This document shows, piece by piece, positions 60,093 through 64,000 of a stretch of 64,000 bases of DNA. The DNA is from an uncultured delta proteobacterium (GTDB lineage: Bacteria; Desulfobacterota; Binatia; UBA9968), in assembly GCA_963847445.1 (NCBI GenBank), contig CAWJZV010000048.1, positions 224,001 to 288,000 on the forward strand, given 5' to 3'. The position numbers and the translations under genes were made by a program. How positions within the stretch are numbered: the stretch's first letter is position 1; each line of letters opens with the position of its first letter. The notes under the pieces were generated by a model. That model worked only from the letters and a program-made list of their open reading frames with translations. It was not told the origin of the DNA and did not search any database.

Positions 60093-62327
60093 TTACGGGA
60101 TCGAAGTACGCGCTTCCGGTCTAAACGCCTGAGGTAAATTCAAGATAATTCCATTCAACCCTTCTTGTTTAATCGTTCGTAACTGCCGCTCGGCATCATC
60201 GCGCAAAACAAAATTGCCGAGGCGAACTCGCAGCGCCCCTTCGGCGCCTGCTTCGGTTAGCGAAACCGCGAAGCCTTTTTTCTCCATCCCCTCAGCCCAA
60301 CGCTGCGCGCGCTCCTTGTCGTTGAACGCCAGTTGAATGATAAACCCCTCCAGCGGCTTCGGCGCGGTGCGCGCGATCGGCGGCTTTGCGAGCGCGGTTG
60401 CAGTACGGCTTATTGCCGAGCAATGCCAACTGTTCACCGATTTGTTTTGCTGGAGCTTCTTCCACCACGGGTGTGGGTGCGAGAGCTCCCGGCCGCGTCG
60501 TTTCGTCGACGACTGGCGGCGCGTTCGTTGTTTGAGCTGGCACTGGAAGAATGATTTCAAGCGGCGGTTCTGGCGGCACCGGCCTCACGGCGACCGGCGG
60601 CGCCCTGACAACCTCTGCGGGCATAGACTCCGCTGTAGCGGTCGGCGTCACTGCCCTTTCAACCTTCGGCGGTTCCGGCGGCGGCACATACATCGCAACC
60701 GGCGGCGACTTTGGCGTGTCAACAACCCGCTCTGGCGTTAAGCTTTCAATCGGCTTAACTTGGTTTGCCGGCGGTGCTTGCACTTCTCTTGGCGCCGCAA
60801 CCTCAACCGGCGGTGGCGGTGCGAGTTTCGGCGCGACTGCAGGTTTGGGGGCATCCAGCACGGCACGCGCCGGCTCGACGCTTTTCACGTTGGGTTTAAC
60901 GACCGACGCAGCTTCTTTGCTCTCGGCAACAGCAGCAATTTGCGGTGTTGGAACTGCTTTTGGCACCAGTGCGACAACCGCGGGCGCCTCGACCTCAACC
61001 GGCGGTGGCGCTGCGAGTTTCGGCGCGACCGCAGGTTTGGGGGCATCCAGCACGGCACGCGCCGGCTCGACGCTTTTACGTTGGGTTTAACGACCGGCGT
61101 AGCTTCTTTGCTCTCGGCAGCGGGAGCAATTTGCGGTGCTGGAGCTGCTTTTGGCACCAGTGCGACAGCCGCAGGCGCTGCGACCTCAACCGGCGGTGGC
61201 GGTGCGAGTTTCGGCGCGACTGCAGGTTTGGGGGCATCCAGCACGGCACGCGCCGGCTCGACACTTTTCACGTTGGGTTTAACGACCGGCGTAGCTTCTT
61301 TGCTCTCGGCAGCGGGAGCAATGAGCGGTGTTGGCACTGCTAATTTAGCGACTTCTCCTGGCGCGGCCTCGACAAGCGGTAGTTCCACTGGTACTGCAAT
61401 CACGGCTGTCGGCACGGCTGGTTTTGCCGGCGTTTCCGGTATGATCGGCACTCTCGGCGGAAGGGATTTAGGTTTTTGCGCTACGGTTACGGGCGGCTTT
61501 GACGACGCAACTTTGGCCACCGGTTCTCTTAGTGGGGGCGCATCCTTCTTGCCTTGATCCGGCGAGTCCGTCTTTATCGCTGGTGGCGGGTTTGCAGCCG
61601 CTGGCGCCGCGAGGATATCGTCTTCGCGGATCGCAGGACGAAATTCCTGATGGACTTCCGGCGCCCGATACGATACCAAATTGAGCGGACCATCCTCTTC
61701 TACCGCGAAGATCGTGGCATCGGCCAACAAATCGTTCTGGTTGATTTCACGGCGCAAAAAGTTGCGGGTTTTTTCTTTGGCAAAATAAACGATCACTCGT
61801 TCCAGTGTCACCCGATTGGCCGCCGGTTCGGCGATGATGTTACGCCATGCCAGATTCAGTCCGTAACCGGTCACTTCTTTATCTTGATAAATATCGTTTT
61901 CTTCACTCAAGATCGTTAGCAACTCAGGCCCGTATGAAGAGAACAGCCGGCTAACCTTGTCGCTATGCGCACCTTTGGTCTCGAAGGTTTCCGGCACAGC
62001 TAGCACCACTTCGAGATAACGCTCATCGGCTGTCTTGGTCGCCGAATGGGTAAAGAAACCGATCCCGCCGACCGATGAAATATTATTGGCGAATTGCAGC
62101 GAGGAGGTCTTCGAATTGCGCACGATGCGCTCGACCAAGCGGTCGACGTTGTCCTTGTACTTGGTGCCGAGATAACGCGCTCTTGAGGTGCTGTAGTATG
62201 TCACCGGTGTGGCAATCAAACCGGTGCGGGAAGGCTTCTTGCTCGCACTATCATCCAACAGCCCACAGGCTCCCAAAAGTAGCGTCATCGATAACAGCAA
62301 GTGTTGAGAAATTCGATAAATTTTCAT
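60093..62327 (-). CDS. SPOR-domain lipoprotein with Pro/Ala-rich repeat linker (two frameshifts)
   Basis: LGAC lipobox, globular N-terminal domain, PAVAPKLAPPPPVEV repeats, C-terminal FIIQLAF...RVRLGNF SPOR. Confidence 0.8.
60795..61335. repeat. 192-bp (64-codon) tandem repeat, about 2.8 copies
   Basis: CCTCAACCGGCGGTGGCG anchor at 60801, 60993 and 61184 (periods 192 and 191). Confidence 0.92.
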
Positions 62328-62377
62328 CGAGCCTCCGCTGCGAAGCGCGGCGCGCAAAGTTTCGTCGTAAAGGTTTC

Positions 62378-62405
62378 TTGACAGGTTTTCGCAAGTACTT
62401 ATAAT
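62378..62405 (+). promoter_or_regulatory. Consensus sigma-70 promoter
   Basis: TTGACA-16 bp-TATAAT, 88 nt upstream of ATG 62494 in an AT-rich intergenic region. Confidence 0.8.
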
Positions 62406-62493
62406 GAAACGGAATTTTGAAGATTATACTAAAGAATATAGTTCTTACACGTGCTAAAGACAACAATTTCTTAGCTAACTGAGAGCAAATATT

Positions 62494-63955
62494 ATGGCAT
62501 TAGGTGAACTGTTACGGGCAAAGGGAATCATCACGCAAGAACAACTTGACCGCGTTTTGCACCAACAAAAAATCGCCGGCGGCCGGCTCGGCGATAATCT
62601 AGTCGCCCTGGGTTACCTGACTCGTGAAGATCTCGAAGCGGTGATCTCGGAACCGCCACCGGTGCCGAAAACCATCGATGAGACCGGCCTGGAAAGCAAT
62701 TTCTTGCTCAACTGCTCTGCTGCGCACGATGTACATCTCGGCGCTGCAGACGATTCCCGAGCTTGCCGAGCAGATCATGCTGACCCGCGGCGTCATCGAT
62801 GAACTGCTCAACTTCGCCAAGAAAGAAGCGCTAGTCGAGATTCGCGGGCCGTCGGAGAAAAACTACAACATCATGCGCTACGCCTTGACCAACGCCGGCA
62901 AGGAGCGCGCCAGCGAAGCACTGCGCCGCTGCGAATACATCGGCCCCGTGCCGGTACCATTGGATGTCTACCAAGAGCAAGTACAAAAGCAGACCATCAC
63001 CAACGAAGTGATCGGCATCGAAAAATTGAGAAAAGCGATGTCGCATCTCGTGCTGTCGCCGGACATCGTGCGCCGGCTTGGACCGGCATCCAACTCCGGA
63101 CGCGCCGTCTTGATCTACGGCGCCGCCGGCAACGGCAAGACTTCCATTGCCGAAGCGTTGGTGAGCGCCTTCGAGCAGCCGGTCTATATCCCCTACGCCA
63201 TCGAAGAAGACGGTCAGATCATCAAGATCTACGACCCCTCCGTCCACGTAAAATTTCCCACCAACAACGGTGCCGACAGCAATGGCGGCGTGCCCAATCC
63301 GATTCTGCTGCCCCATCTCGAATACGATCCGCGCTGGGTACGCTGCAAGCGGCCCTATCTGATCACCGGCGGCGAACTGACGCTCGAAATGCTCGACTTG
63401 GACTTCGACGTGCACTCGAAGTACTACGAAGCGCCGCTGCAGATGAAAGCCATCGGCGGTGTTTTCGTCATCGACGACTTCGGCCGCCAACGGGTGCGCC
63501 CACATGAGCTGTTGAACCGGTGGATTTTCCCATTGGAGCGAAAGGTCGACTATTTGACTTTGCACACCGGCAAAAAAATCACCGTGCTGTTCGACCAGTT
63601 GGTTATATTCGCCACCAACTTTCCGCCCGAAGAGCTGATGGACCCGGCGCAGCTGCGGCGGGTTCACTACAAGATGCAAATTCAACCGCCGACGGAGCAG
63701 GAGTTTCGTGAAATTTTTCAGCGTATCTGCGACTCCTACGGCTTGGAATTCAACGATGAAATGATGAACTACCTGTTGAATTCATTTTACAATAAGCACA
63801 AAGTTCCCTTTGCCGGTTTTCATCCGAAATTTATCGCCGAGCATGTGGTCGCGGCGTCCAACTACCTGGGCACACCACCGCGCATTACGACCGAATTGTT
63901 GACAGATTCGTTACAAAACATGGTGGTCTTACCGAATTCCGCTGTTCCCGAGTGA
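62494..63955 (+). CDS. MshEN-like domain fused to an AAA-family ATPase (frameshift near 62715)
   Basis: ALGELLRAKGIITQEQLDRVLHQQ and RLGDNLVALGYLT motifs; YALTNAG winged-helix-like part; GAAGNGKTS Walker A; VFVIDDFGRQ Walker B. Confidence 0.82.
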
Positions 63956-64000
63956 CCCCTCAATGGCCAAACCGATTGCCTTGATCGTTCAATCGAGCGA

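Noticed and set aside
60795-61335. CRISPR array or non-coding repeat
   Set aside because: Units are 192 bp, contiguous, codon-phased and inside a CDS; no spacers or cas genes.
1-64000. Numerous long antisense and alternate-frame ORFs; tRNA/rRNA genes
   Set aside because: Shadow ORFs are expected at this GC content and overlap well-supported genes; no tRNA or rRNA signature was recognised by eye.

Overview
GC-rich bacterial chromosome segment. The gene content (many NMT1/SsuA-type solute-binding proteins, two UbiD decarboxylases, a tilS-ftsH-folP-cdaA-cdaR-glmM-pdxJ-nnr block) suggests a Deltaproteobacteria-like organism such as Ca. Binatia; this is inference, not a taxonomic result. About 20 genes, including housekeeping ones, are split by single-base indels, most likely long-read consensus errors, so I reconstructed them across frames. 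Best candidate for an undescribed system: a five-gene operon at 9461-13884 encoding a GlcG/HbpS protein, a TAT-less reductive-dehalogenase-like B12/2x[4Fe-4S] enzyme, a second Rdh-like core with no Fe-S domain, a ferredoxin-GlcG/HbpS fusion, and a single-chain triple-Rid protein lacking the RidA catalytic Arg. Second candidate: a sigma-54 two-component system (54553-57477) beside a divergent -24/-12 promoter with enhancer boxes that appears to drive only a 39-aa lipoprotein (20-aa mature lipopeptide). Also present: a cysteine-free racemase-fold protein, a solute-binding-fold protein without a signal peptide, three exported SAM methyltransferases, an MshEN-AAA ATPase fusion, a lone attC-like site, several gene-fragment junctions and many REP/MITE repeats. 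No rRNA, tRNA or CRISPR array was recognised.
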